IMG/VR virus record: IMGVR_UViG_3300028394_002328
Span: 271,036 to 335,035 of that record
Length of the DNA stretch: 64,000 nt
Reading direction: 5' to 3' (one strand)
How positions within the stretch are numbered: the stretch's first letter is position 1; each line of letters opens with the position of its first letter. Of the stretch, positions 36,410 through 45,925 are shown one piece after another. A program made the translations under genes and the position numbers. The notes beneath the pieces were generated by a model. That model ran no database searches and had not been told where the DNA came from. It saw only the letters and a list, made by a program, of their open reading frames with translations.

Positions 36410-37390
36410 TTATTTGACTAACTTTGCCCAATCGGCACGAACTTGATCCTTAACCTTTTGGGGTAATGGAACATAATCTAGGTCTGTAGCGTCCTTGTCA
36501 CCCTTTGTATAGACCCAATCAAAAAATTTGGTAACTTGTTTTGTTCGCTCTCCAGTAGGATATATGAGAATAAATGTAGCGGCAGTAATAGGCCATCCAT
36601 CTAAATCATTGAGATTAACTGCCATGTTGGGCACTGACCAGTCAGCAGTCTTGGCACTTTCAGCAAATGTTAAGTCATCTGGTTGAACTACAGCACCTTT
36701 GCGGTTCTTCATGGCCACATGAGTTAGTTTGCTCTGTTTAGCAAATGCGTACTCAACATAACCAATTGATCCTGCCAGTTGTTGAACGTTGGCAGCAACA
36801 CCAGCATTGCCCTTACCTGCTGACAAGTTTGTGGGCTTCCAAGTAACTGTTTTACCCGTACCGGTACCTGCTTTAAAATCAGGATTTACTTTGCTTAAGT
36901 AATCAGTAAACACAGCAGTTGTACCTGATCCATCAGCACGAACCACTACGTTGATAGCAGCATCAGGTAATGCTAGACTTGGATTGAGTTTTGTAATAGC
37001 AGCATCGTTCCACTTGCTGATTTTACCTTGATAAATGTCGGCTAGTGTCTTGCCATCAAGAATCATTTTACCTGGCTCAATACCTTTGATATTGATTACA
37101 GCAACAACTCCACCGATAACTGATGGGAATTGATATAGCCCAACTTCTTTTAATTTATTGTCTGGTGTAGGATCATCACTTGCACCAAAATCTACGGTTT
37201 TAGCAATGATTTGAGCAACACCACCGCCACTTCCGATTGGATTGTAGTTAACAGTAGTACCAGTTTCTTTGTTGTAGGCTGCTGCCCATTTTGAATAAAT
37301 AGGAGCCGGGAAAGTTGCCCCGGCTCCAGTAATCTGTGCTTGTGCAGCAAATGCGGCTGCGGCTAATAGAATTCCAACAATTTTCTTCAT
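36410..37390 (-). CDS. pstS: Phosphate ABC transporter substrate-binding protein
   Basis: TGAGATFPAPIYSKW, GSGGG, DFGASD, RADGSGTT, GYVEYA. Confidence 0.97.
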   Translation of the reverse strand: MKKIVGILLAAAAFAAQAQITGAGATFPAPIYSKWAAAYNKETGTTVNYNPIGSGGGVAQIIAKTVDFGASDDPTPDNKLKEVGLYQFPSVIGGVVAVINIKGIEPGKMILDGKTLADIYQGKISKWNDAAITKLNPSLALPDAAINVVVRADGSGTTAVFTDYLSKVNPDFKAGTGTGKTVTWKPTNLSAGKGNAGVAANVQQLAGSIGYVEYAFAKQSKLTHVAMKNRKGAVVQPDDLTFAESAKTADWSVPNMAVNLNDLDGWPITAATFILIYPTGERTKQVTKFFDWVYTKGDKDATDLDYVPLPQKVKDQVRADWAKLVK

Positions 37391-37428
37391 TTGATTTCCT
37401 TTAATAATATGTGCTCTTGCACAATTAT

Positions 37429-37463
37429 TATTTAATAATAATTATGTTACAGGAATATTACAA
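37429..37463 (-). promoter_or_regulatory. Pho box plus TAAATA hybrid promoter for pstS-phoX
   Basis: TTGTAAT-ATTC-CTGTAAC-ATAA-TTATTAT-TAAATA. Confidence 0.8.
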
Positions 37464-37494
37464 GGCGCCCAAAATGAATAATATTTTTAAAACT

Positions 37495-37878
37495 TTATTG
37501 AACAGTCCGTTTTGATTTGTAATCTTCTATTGCCGATTTAATCGCATCTTCTGCTAAGATTGAGCAGTGGATTTTGACTGGCGGGAGAGCGAGTTCTTCC
37601 GCAATCTGTGTGTTTCTAATTGTTGCTGCCTCGTCGAGGGTTTTGCCTTTAACCCACTCTGTGACAAGACTTGAGCTAGCAATCGCTGACCCGCACCCAT
37701 ACGTTTTAAATCTAGCATCTTCTATTACTCCATTCTCATTTACTTTAATTTGAAGTTTCATCACATCTCCGCATGCCGGGGCTCCGACTAGTCCGGTGCC
37801 TATTGTATCGTCAATTTCAAATTTTCCAACATTGCGTGGGTTTTCATAATGATCAACTACTTGAGGTGAATAAGCCAT
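37495..37878 (-). CDS. iscU: Fe-S cluster scaffold IscU
   Basis: DHYENPRNVG, APACGD, FKTYGCGSAIASSS, LPPVKIHC. Confidence 0.97.
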   Translation of the reverse strand: MAYSPQVVDHYENPRNVGKFEIDDTIGTGLVGAPACGDVMKLQIKVNENGVIEDARFKTYGCGSAIASSSLVTEWVKGKTLDEAATIRNTQIAEELALPPVKIHCSILAEDAIKSAIEDYKSKRTVQ

Positions 37879-37898
37879 GTTGTTCTCCTTTTCTTTAT

Positions 37899-38426
37899 TT
37901 AATCGTTTTTATCAGATTCAAAAACTATCCAACCCAATTTAAATAGGTCAGATTTAATCTCTTCTGTGACTTCACCTTCTCCAACATAGCCTTTTGAACC
38001 GTCTTCGTCACCGTTACCAAGGCCACTGCCCATGCCAGAACAATACCAATCCATGTAATCACCCTGTTGTCTAATATCTGCTACAATTCCACCAGCATAT
38101 CGCCAACTACAACTCCATTTTTTCTCATTAAGTATAGGCCATACTTCATTCTTTATAAATTCATTGTTGCACAAGGCAGCATAAAGACTCTGAGCATATC
38201 TATCATCTTTGCACTTTTCTGCTATCCAATCAGAAGTTAACAGATCGTACTCCATATTGTTTTCTTGCCACATAGGATCTAACTCATCCTCTTTTCTTTT
38301 TTTAATCATGTTTTCCCACATGTCAAGATATTCTTGATTAGGAGTTTGATTTTCTTCCTTGCATCGTTTTATATAACTTGTTCGTTGGAAAGAATACTTG
38401 TTAGGACTAGAACGAAGTTTAGACAT
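37899..38426 (-). CDS. Hypothetical protein
   Basis: 175-aa ORF, co-oriented and abutting neighbours. Confidence 0.65.
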   Translation of the reverse strand: MSKLRSSPNKYSFQRTSYIKRCKEENQTPNQEYLDMWENMIKKRKEDELDPMWQENNMEYDLLTSDWIAEKCKDDRYAQSLYAALCNNEFIKNEVWPILNEKKWSCSWRYAGGIVADIRQQGDYMDWYCSGMGSGLGNGDEDGSKGYVGEGEVTEEIKSDLFKLGWIVFESDKND

Positions 38427-38741
38427 TTACTTAAAATAGATAAGTACCAATGCCATTGCTTGTAGCATAAATCCTACACCAATAGTAGCGATATTAAGTA
38501 AATCTTTGAGCAAAATAGCACGAAAGAATAACAAACATAGAGCGGACCACAACATCAAAACAACATCTACATTGGGTGCTTTGTCAGTTAACCCTGTCAT
38601 CAAGGCTAAAAACGAAGGTAGTGTAGCCGCATGAAGCGCAATATTAGCTAACCACCCTAGCGTGTCCGCAGAAATTTTGTGTAACTTAGTGGTAAGAAAT
38701 TCAATTAAAAATGTATAAAGGTCTACTAACTTGGTCATCAT
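38427..38741 (-). CDS. Small three-TM membrane protein
   Basis: Hydrophobic segments; coupled to the hydrolase gene. Confidence 0.65.
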   Translation of the reverse strand: MMTKLVDLYTFLIEFLTTKLHKISADTLGWLANIALHAATLPSFLALMTGLTDKAPNVDVVLMLWSALCLLFFRAILLKDLLNIATIGVGFMLQAMALVLIYFK

Positions 38742-39286
38742 GCTTTATCCTTGTAAAAAATATGGTTACCGATTTTGTTGATTTTTTGATATGGCCATGC
38801 CGGGTGAACATATACAGCATGATAATACAATGCATCATGTAAACTGTCAAGTCTAAACCCTTCTAACAACACTTTTTTGGCTACCGCATAACTTTCTTTA
38901 TATGCTTCGTCCGTGGGTTTAGATTTAGTCTTACCTATGCAATACCAGCTAAATTGACATACTACTTTTTCCATGATGACGTTCTTTTGGTAAACTACAG
39001 CACATACATCTTTAGGAAATCTAGGATCGTCTACACGGTTAAGGGTCACTTGAGCAACCGCAACCTTACCTTCAAATGATTCCTGAGCCGCTTCTTTGTA
39101 AATATTCATAGCCAAACAATCTAATGTTCTGTCTACATTTTTTGCTGACACATATGACCGTGGTTTGTCCAAAGCAACTTCTTGAACAGAACCAAACTTA
39201 AAAGCGGTTACTGCATTAATAAGTACAGCAAGTAATAGCACGCCGAAAATGCTATTAATCGTTCTGATTGAAAATTCCATTTTCAA
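38738..39286 (-). CDS. SleB-like cell wall hydrolase
   Basis: CLAMNIYKEA..E...GKVAVAQV.LNR..P, QFSW, ALYYHA, IGNHIFY. Confidence 0.92.
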   Translation of the reverse strand: MKMEFSIRTINSIFGVLLLAVLINAVTAFKFGSVQEVALDKPRSYVSAKNVDRTLDCLAMNIYKEAAQESFEGKVAVAQVTLNRVDDPRFPKDVCAVVYQKNVIMEKVVCQFSWYCIGKTKSKPTDEAYKESYAVAKKVLLEGFRLDSLHDALYYHAVYVHPAWPYQKINKIGNHIFYKDKA

Positions 39287-39360
39287 CTCCTTTTAGTAAA
39301 AGTAACTCGTTGGATGATTATATCATCCTTTCTATATCCACGCAATAGAAACGGGTTAGG

Positions 39361-41112
39361 TTAGTCTATCCAACAATCGCAGTTGCACTTGATAACTTCT
39401 TCAATTGCATCTGCTACATTGTAGACTGATGGTGACAAAACTGATGCGGTCAATGCCGCATTTAGATTTGGTGGAATAATATTGCTGGCATTTGAACCAG
39501 CTAGACTTCCTGGTACAGCAGGGCCCCCAATATCAAGAGGCGTACCCTGCGAGCTTGGCCCATTAGTTATAACTGCAATGGGTTCTAATCCAGCTGGTCC
39601 GGCTTCTAAAATCGCAGATACTAACCCGGGTCTAGGGTTAACTGAGGGTTTAGCGATTCCATTGGCAGTAGAAGTTGTAGGTGATATGATTGGTTGAGCT
39701 GGTCCAGTTCCATTCTTAGCTGGCCCTAATAAATTTTTATTATTAGGATTACTTCGTGCTGTATTTAAAATCTGTTTAATAGGCGATATAGTCTGAGTTG
39801 TTGCTAATTTAAATTGAGTAGTATTAGGATCGTAATAGCCAATTGGCTGAGCAGATGAGTTGCTAGGCAGAGTAAAAGTAGTTGATGGATTATCCATGTC
39901 CCCGTTGATACCCGTAACTGTAATTCCCTCTATACCTGTAGGTAGTGTTCCATTAGAAATTAAAATTTCTACCTCTTGTTGATCCAATTCACCTGGTATA
40001 TTATTATCCAATTCTATACCAATCTCTTGTAATCTAGCACCATTTCTTTCCTGTCTCATCATTGCTACAATACTCTGACCACCAACTGTGGTTAGATCAC
40101 TGATAGCTTCCAATGTTTGAGCATACATGTGGGGTAACGTACTTTTTGCAATAGTAGGGATCGAGTCAACAAATACATACTGACTAGTTGGATACAAATT
40201 TAACCAAGTATCACGAGTAGGACTAGGTACCGGGGGTATTCCTGTATATCTACTTCGTTGTTCTATTGTAAGTTGTGTGCCAAATGCATCATATATAGTA
40301 TTTAAATCTACGCTAAGTATAGGATTAATAGTTCGTATAACTGCTATCTCTGCATTAGCAGCATCAATATAATATTGTACTGCTGTATTCATTCCAGGCC
40401 ATCCTGCACTACCATAAGTAGTTGGAGGATTGGCTATTGTTCCTGTAGGCACTACTACCGTAATAGGACCAGCTGAAGTTAATGCAACGGAAGTTATTCT
40501 GCCGTAAGTAGCTACATCATTGGGATCCGTACCAATAGTAGTACTACCTGTCCCGCCATTACTCAATGTAATGCTAGGTGCGGCTGCACCTTCTCTACCA
40601 TACCCTCCACCTGAATCAACTAGTGTGATTCCTGTAACTGTGTAATTCCCAAACCCATCATTAGTATATTGAACAGAAACAGTACCAACTTCCCACGTAA
40701 CCGCTAGATATAAATTTTTATAAGTGTTGACTAGAGTAGTAGTTTGTAATGATTGAATGCCTGATTGAATATCATTCCATGCATATGGTAACCCACTCAT
40801 ACATCCTAAAAAGTCACTCATAGTATATGCGCCATATGGTCCACTTCCTAATGCAACTAAGTTGTACGCTGTTGTAGATAAATCAGTATTAGTTGGTACA
40901 TTTGTACCATTAACTTGATCTAACCCTTTTGTTGTTTCAATATTAAAAACTACTTGAGAAAATTTTTCAAAATCAACATTTCGGATGTTTCTAATTTGCT
41001 GCATAGTAGCAGAAAAGGCTCCAGCAGTTACAGCAATCTCGTCAGGTAATATTCCTGATAGATAGGAGCCAAAGCCTTCTTTTGCTACTTGAAAATTTAA
41101 TGTATCTGCCAT
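39361..41112 (-). CDS. Hypothetical, probably virion/baseplate protein
   Basis: 583 aa, Gly/Thr-rich, in the PAAR block. Confidence 0.5.
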   Translation of the reverse strand: MADTLNFQVAKEGFGSYLSGILPDEIAVTAGAFSATMQQIRNIRNVDFEKFSQVVFNIETTKGLDQVNGTNVPTNTDLSTTAYNLVALGSGPYGAYTMSDFLGCMSGLPYAWNDIQSGIQSLQTTTLVNTYKNLYLAVTWEVGTVSVQYTNDGFGNYTVTGITLVDSGGGYGREGAAAPSITLSNGGTGSTTIGTDPNDVATYGRITSVALTSAGPITVVVPTGTIANPPTTYGSAGWPGMNTAVQYYIDAANAEIAVIRTINPILSVDLNTIYDAFGTQLTIEQRSRYTGIPPVPSPTRDTWLNLYPTSQYVFVDSIPTIAKSTLPHMYAQTLEAISDLTTVGGQSIVAMMRQERNGARLQEIGIELDNNIPGELDQQEVEILISNGTLPTGIEGITVTGINGDMDNPSTTFTLPSNSSAQPIGYYDPNTTQFKLATTQTISPIKQILNTARSNPNNKNLLGPAKNGTGPAQPIISPTTSTANGIAKPSVNPRPGLVSAILEAGPAGLEPIAVITNGPSSQGTPLDIGGPAVPGSLAGSNASNIIPPNLNAALTASVLSPSVYNVADAIEEVIKCNCDCWID

Positions 41113-41114
41113 GA

Positions 41115-42845
41115 TTAATTTAGAACCTCATTAACACCAATCACCAGTTTGACATTATGCGATACCAATCCTTCTGTCAAATAAGTATGAGCATCTGCTA
41201 CAGTAATTTTTACGACTTCTCCAAAAGAATGTGGTTTAGCATACTTCACCACTGCTAACTTATTATGAGCCGTAATAATATCACCTGGCATTAACCTTTC
41301 AATTTCAATCCAACCTTCTTCAGTTAACATTCTATGGTTAGGTGATCCAACCAATTTAATATCATCAATTCCGACTTCCCAACGATTAGCATCTTCAAAT
41401 GATACCGCAGTTACAGGGTAGTCCCCCCACTCTTTAGTTGTTTCGTGTTGAGTATAAACTAACATACCTTCTTTAATGTCTTTAGCAGGTATTGAAGTTC
41501 TATCTGCTAATGTAATATTGATCCACGGTGCAGGACATCCACCTCCCCTATACTGTCCAGTCGGCGCAGCTTCTGGCACAAATCGTTCAAGCGGAACTGC
41601 GGTTGGTGCTACTTCAGGTGGTATTGGGGTAGGAGGTTCTACTATAGCAGGAGGACCAGGTGGAATAATTACACCGATTTGCTCAACTATCGCAGGTGCT
41701 TCTAACCTAGAACTTACTGAACCATTATCAAATATAGGATAATATGTTTTAGCGTTAGTAGGACCAGGATTAGCATTGTAAATAGGCACAGTCAATGATT
41801 GATAACTATTTGGAAATAACTTCTTAATGTTTAGTAAATCTGCCAATGACTCTAATCCTTGAGTTTTGCAATTCAACGGTATTAGTATGTCAGCTAAATC
41901 CTGTCCTACAATAATTAAAAATGCCCCATATATCTGTTGCTCTTGTAATTTTGTAGGTGTTAACATTCTTCCACTAGAAATGTCATCTATATCTTGTGTT
42001 GAAAGTCCTGCTGATAATAAGGCTAATGATAACGATTGAGTAATAGAATTATATTTCTTAATAGTTTGCAATAGTACAGAAGGCATTCCAAACTTGAGTA
42101 TCTTAGATAAATCTATTACTTTACCTGCGGTAATACAGTCTTGACCAAATGCTTGTGTTGCTAGGCTTACCCCAGTTACATCAGCACTGATTAGATCGTT
42201 CATATTACTATAAGTGCCTTTAAGGAACTTAGTAGAACCCTGCAATGCGTTGATAGTAGTATTAGAATAGTCTATAAAATTTTGAGAGGCTAGGAAGCTT
42301 GACAAAAAATCTTTATATTCCGGCATACCTGAACCTGCTACGATGCCATTCCAATTAAATTCATTCCAAGCCTGTAATGCATACAATCTTAAAAAGCCCC
42401 ATTGGGTAACACTTTTATTATTGTTGGTCGTATCATATGGAATCCAAGTTGCACTTTGTCCATCACCAGTATCACTTGCAGTTGAATAACCAGTAGTAGC
42501 TTGTCCTTGCCATTGATTAGTAGGATCATCAGTAGTGTATCCAAGGCTTTTTGAATTACCTAATGCTGGAATAATATCCTTACCTATAGCAATTAAATTG
42601 TCATAGGTCGAAGTTCCAGCAGGAGTTTGAGAAACACTACCGTTATATGCTTGATTTATTGCGTAAGTTAATAATTTAAGGCATGTATTGTTGACTAGAC
42701 TACCCGGGGTATGACTAGCATTGGTCTTGCTAGTCCCTATATAGCCTTGATTAGTAGAATTAATGCATAGACCTATATTTTGTAACAAGGAACTATTTAC
42801 ATTGACACCCAGTGGACTTTGTTTACCTGTAGTACTCATGGGCAA
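41115..42845 (-). CDS. Probable virion protein with C-terminal Hint (intein-like) domain
   Basis: GGG|CPAP..ITLAD, GSPNH.M...GW, V..ITV..AHTY..EG.VSHN. Confidence 0.75.
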   Translation of the reverse strand: MPMSTTGKQSPLGVNVNSSLLQNIGLCINSTNQGYIGTSKTNASHTPGSLVNNTCLKLLTYAINQAYNGSVSQTPAGTSTYDNLIAIGKDIIPALGNSKSLGYTTDDPTNQWQGQATTGYSTASDTGDGQSATWIPYDTTNNNKSVTQWGFLRLYALQAWNEFNWNGIVAGSGMPEYKDFLSSFLASQNFIDYSNTTINALQGSTKFLKGTYSNMNDLISADVTGVSLATQAFGQDCITAGKVIDLSKILKFGMPSVLLQTIKKYNSITQSLSLALLSAGLSTQDIDDISSGRMLTPTKLQEQQIYGAFLIIVGQDLADILIPLNCKTQGLESLADLLNIKKLFPNSYQSLTVPIYNANPGPTNAKTYYPIFDNGSVSSRLEAPAIVEQIGVIIPPGPPAIVEPPTPIPPEVAPTAVPLERFVPEAAPTGQYRGGGCPAPWINITLADRTSIPAKDIKEGMLVYTQHETTKEWGDYPVTAVSFEDANRWEVGIDDIKLVGSPNHRMLTEEGWIEIERLMPGDIITAHNKLAVVKYAKPHSFGEVVKITVADAHTYLTEGLVSHNVKLVIGVNEVLN

Positions 42846-43117
42846 TATACATCCGAACTACCTTGTACAATAGGATGACCGCATGTATTACCTGAACCAG
42901 TACGAAGTACTGGTTCACCCTCAGCAAAAACAGTAGGACTACCTTCTGTAGTTCTAGCGGCATTGTGAGGAGGATGTGGTTTACCAAACGGAGCATGAGG
43001 TGTCATTACACTTACATGTAACCCTACAGGCATGCCATTAGCGAACACCGTGCCGGCGCCTCGCATGATTTTTCCGCCTGCTGAATTTGCATCACCCTGT
43101 CTGCTCAATTGCGCCAT
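42836..43117 (-). CDS. PAAR spike-tip protein (T4 gp5.4-like)
   Basis: R.GD, H..PH, GS.TVFAEG.PV.R.G....CGH....GS..V. Confidence 0.9.
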   Translation of the reverse strand: MAQLSRQGDANSAGGKIMRGAGTVFANGMPVGLHVSVMTPHAPFGKPHPPHNAARTTEGSPTVFAEGEPVLRTGSGNTCGHPIVQGSSDVYCP

Positions 43118-43118
43118 A

Positions 43119-43415
43119 TTATCCTAAGATTAGTTTTTTATTAGGTACTGCAATTCCTGTTGTTGCTTGAGTGTATTTTGCTTTTATACCCTCGTCAGTT
43201 ATTCCATAAATTGCAATACTATTAGTATTTAGCTTTATTTCACCCTGGGGATCCGCGGTAAACAAGCTAGGAACTAATCCCATACCTTGCGGACCAGGTG
43301 CTACGGACACCGGGTCAAAAATAGTAATGTAATCTGTTTCTGATTTAATTACCTTAGCGATTAATTCTTCTCCACTGTTTAATTTAAACGTATAAATTTC
43401 ATCTGTATTAAGCAT
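43119..43415 (-). CDS. Small Sm-like hypothetical protein
   Basis: KLNSGEELIAKV pattern typical of T4-like phages. Confidence 0.55.
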   Translation of the reverse strand: MLNTDEIYTFKLNSGEELIAKVIKSETDYITIFDPVSVAPGPQGMGLVPSLFTADPQGEIKLNTNSIAIYGITDEGIKAKYTQATTGIAVPNKKLILG

Positions 43416-43423
43416 TATATTCC

Positions 43424-43648
43424 TTAAGCTGCTAATTTTTGTTTGAGTTCTGGAAACCCACCCACATACTCTTCACCAAGAAAAATTTGTGGCACTGTTC
43501 GGGCAGTTGGTACTGCCTCTAATAATTGTTCTCTTGTCCAACCTTCACCGATCTTCTTTTCTTCAAATTGTATTCCTTTACTATTGAGCAATGCCTTCGC
43601 TTGATCACAATTTGAACAATTGTTTTTACTCCATACTATAGCTTTCAT
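43424..43648 (-). CDS. grx: Glutaredoxin
   Basis: CSNC, TVPQIF, VGGF. Confidence 0.95.
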   Translation of the reverse strand: MKAIVWSKNNCSNCDQAKALLNSKGIQFEEKKIGEGWTREQLLEAVPTARTVPQIFLGEEYVGGFPELKQKLAA

Positions 43649-43662
43649 ACTTTTTCTCCTTA

Positions 43663-44766
43663 TTATACTTTAGGTAGCTGGTCATAGTCAAGTGATTCAC
43701 TCATCACGCCTAATACATAATTAGTACTTTCTGTTTCTTGAAGGGCTGACTGTTTTTTACTTGTATCGCTATGTTTATTAAACCATGGAATAGGAGTAGT
43801 TTTTGGAACATTAGTATTGATATATTTGATCCCAATATCTTTTAATGCATGTAGTGCAGTATAATCTACAAAATCTCTTAGGATATTAGGATTAAGTCCA
43901 ATTACAGGACCCATTTTAAACAAATAGGTAGCCCAATCTTTTTCTTCTCTAATAACATCCATATACATACTGTATACTTCTTGCTCACACTCTTGTTTTG
44001 CTTGAGCAAATCTAGGATCTTCTTTTACTACTTGATTAATCATCCAAGCAGTCCATTCTTTGTGCAAGAGTTCATCTTGTAGAATTAGGCTAATAATGTT
44101 ACCGTTTCCAATAAAGATTTTGTTCTCTACCATAGCAAGACTAGTAGCAAAACTAACCATAAAACGAAATGCTTCAAGGGCATAACTAGCATTGAGTGCT
44201 AACCAGATGGCCCGAATATGTACCTTTTCACTAATTGCCTCGCCAAGCTCTTTATGGCAATTAATCATATGCAATTGATCATAATAGTTACCCACACTAC
44301 TAGCCATGTCCACAATTTCTTTAGTGTCATGAATAGTGTTAAACACATCCTTTGGCACATTATAGATATTACGAATGATATGACTATAACTGCGACTATG
44401 TATGTTAGTTTCAAAGAAGCTCCAATTATACATTAGTGCTTCTAGTTCAGGTAGACTAACAACAGGTGTAAAAACCTGTGCTGGACCACGACCTTGAATA
44501 CTATCAAGTGCGGTTTGTCTTAATAAGTTACTAGTAAAGATATGCTTAACTGCATCACTGGCATCTTTAAAATCATTAGCATCTTTAGATAGAGAAATTT
44601 CTTCGGGTACCCAAAAGAATCCCCTAGCTGTTTGTTCTATCTTTTGTAATTTATTATACTTGACTTCTTCAAAGCGTTGAATTGTAACAGGACCTTCAGG
44701 GTCTAGAAACATTTTACGATTTATATAGTCTGTTTTAGTGTTTAGGTTGTATTGGTGTTTTGACAT
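43663..44766 (-). CDS. nrdB: Ribonucleotide reductase class Ia beta subunit
   Basis: FW.PEE, DSIQGR, ETNIHSRSY (radical Tyr), EAFRF, DELLH. Confidence 0.97.
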   Translation of the reverse strand: MSKHQYNLNTKTDYINRKMFLDPEGPVTIQRFEEVKYNKLQKIEQTARGFFWVPEEISLSKDANDFKDASDAVKHIFTSNLLRQTALDSIQGRGPAQVFTPVVSLPELEALMYNWSFFETNIHSRSYSHIIRNIYNVPKDVFNTIHDTKEIVDMASSVGNYYDQLHMINCHKELGEAISEKVHIRAIWLALNASYALEAFRFMVSFATSLAMVENKIFIGNGNIISLILQDELLHKEWTAWMINQVVKEDPRFAQAKQECEQEVYSMYMDVIREEKDWATYLFKMGPVIGLNPNILRDFVDYTALHALKDIGIKYINTNVPKTTPIPWFNKHSDTSKKQSALQETESTNYVLGVMSESLDYDQLPKV

Positions 44767-44777
44767 AGTTTTCTATT

Positions 44778-45263
44778 TTAGTTATAATTATCGTCTTTGT
44801 CAAGCTCTATCCACGTATAGTCGCCTAACCATTTCACCTTGCATATGTACTCATAATGACTTGGTGGTCCGCTACTCCAATCATCAGGTCCATTATGTGT
44901 CAATATTGTGCATTTATCTATATGATTAAATGCTAGCCAATATATCTGCCCATGATATATTTGAAAGTTATATTTAGCACTATGTACTGATTCGGTAATG
45001 TCTAGTCTACGTTTAATACTGGCTGCTTGTTTCTGTAGTACATTAACCAAATCCATAATACGATTATATTCTTGTTGGGCGTGCATTTTGGCTACATTGA
45101 CCATAATGTCTTTTTGTTTTTCAACAGGAATCAAATCAAATTTAGGCCCACTAGATTCTGTAGGATAAGGAGTAATATTTCTATTGAAAAATTCAACCAA
45201 GCCTGTACTTAATTCAGCATCATAGCTCTCTCTGCCTTGTGCTAAATTACTTCTAGCGGTCAT
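44778..45263 (-). CDS. Hypothetical protein (DUF2452-like)
   Basis: Coiled coil followed by A.YNF...GQIYWL (recalled pattern). Confidence 0.5.
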   Translation of the reverse strand: MTARSNLAQGRESYDAELSTGLVEFFNRNITPYPTESSGPKFDLIPVEKQKDIMVNVAKMHAQQEYNRIMDLVNVLQKQAASIKRRLDITESVHSAKYNFQIYHGQIYWLAFNHIDKCTILTHNGPDDWSSGPPSHYEYICKVKWLGDYTWIELDKDDNYN

Positions 45264-45275
45264 TGATATGTCCTG

Positions 45276-45911
45276 TTATTCATTTTTTTCGTCAATAGTG
45301 TAAAACCAATCATCTCCGGCAATCCATTTGCGTGTGCCATCTACTGTGAAAATAGTCTGCGCGGCTTTGAAGTCTGGGAATTTTACTTTGCCTGAAATCA
45401 AACTTTGATCATACCATAAACATCGATTGTTAGGCTGACAAGCAAACTGACCGTTTTCTAGACGAATAAAATTAAATGACTTATGTTCTTCAGCAACCTC
45501 AGTAAAGCCAGTATCAACATCCATTCCGTCAGCACAAAAGTCTACTGTAAATAAATATATTCCGTGATGCCATGCACGATCTTTTCCTAAAAACTTAACA
45601 CCTAGATTACGCAGACCTATTTTTTCAATAATAGTAAAGCGATATCCCATGCAATCCCAAAGCTGTAAAGTATCTATAGGTAAATTTCCCGTATAGTTTT
45701 CTTGCCATACATAAGCGTGGATAGGTAGTTTATCATATAGTGCTCCGTAATTAGGTAATAATGATTCAATACGAAACACTTGCCCTCGTAGGGCTTTGAG
45801 GCTAACCCATATTGCAGGTTCTAACTCACCGTGACCTTTTTCAAAGTTATAAAGAAATTCTCTTTTAACAAAACATTTGATTGGTGGCAACGATCCGATA
45901 ATATAACTCAT
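45276..45911 (-). CDS. Conserved hypothetical protein
   Basis: GALYDKLPIHA, LQLWDC, EHKSFN...NGQFACQPNNR. Confidence 0.7.
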   Translation of the reverse strand: MSYIIGSLPPIKCFVKREFLYNFEKGHGELEPAIWVSLKALRGQVFRIESLLPNYGALYDKLPIHAYVWQENYTGNLPIDTLQLWDCMGYRFTIIEKIGLRNLGVKFLGKDRAWHHGIYLFTVDFCADGMDVDTGFTEVAEEHKSFNFIRLENGQFACQPNNRCLWYDQSLISGKVKFPDFKAAQTIFTVDGTRKWIAGDDWFYTIDEKNE

Positions 45912-45925
45912 ATTGTATGTTGTCC

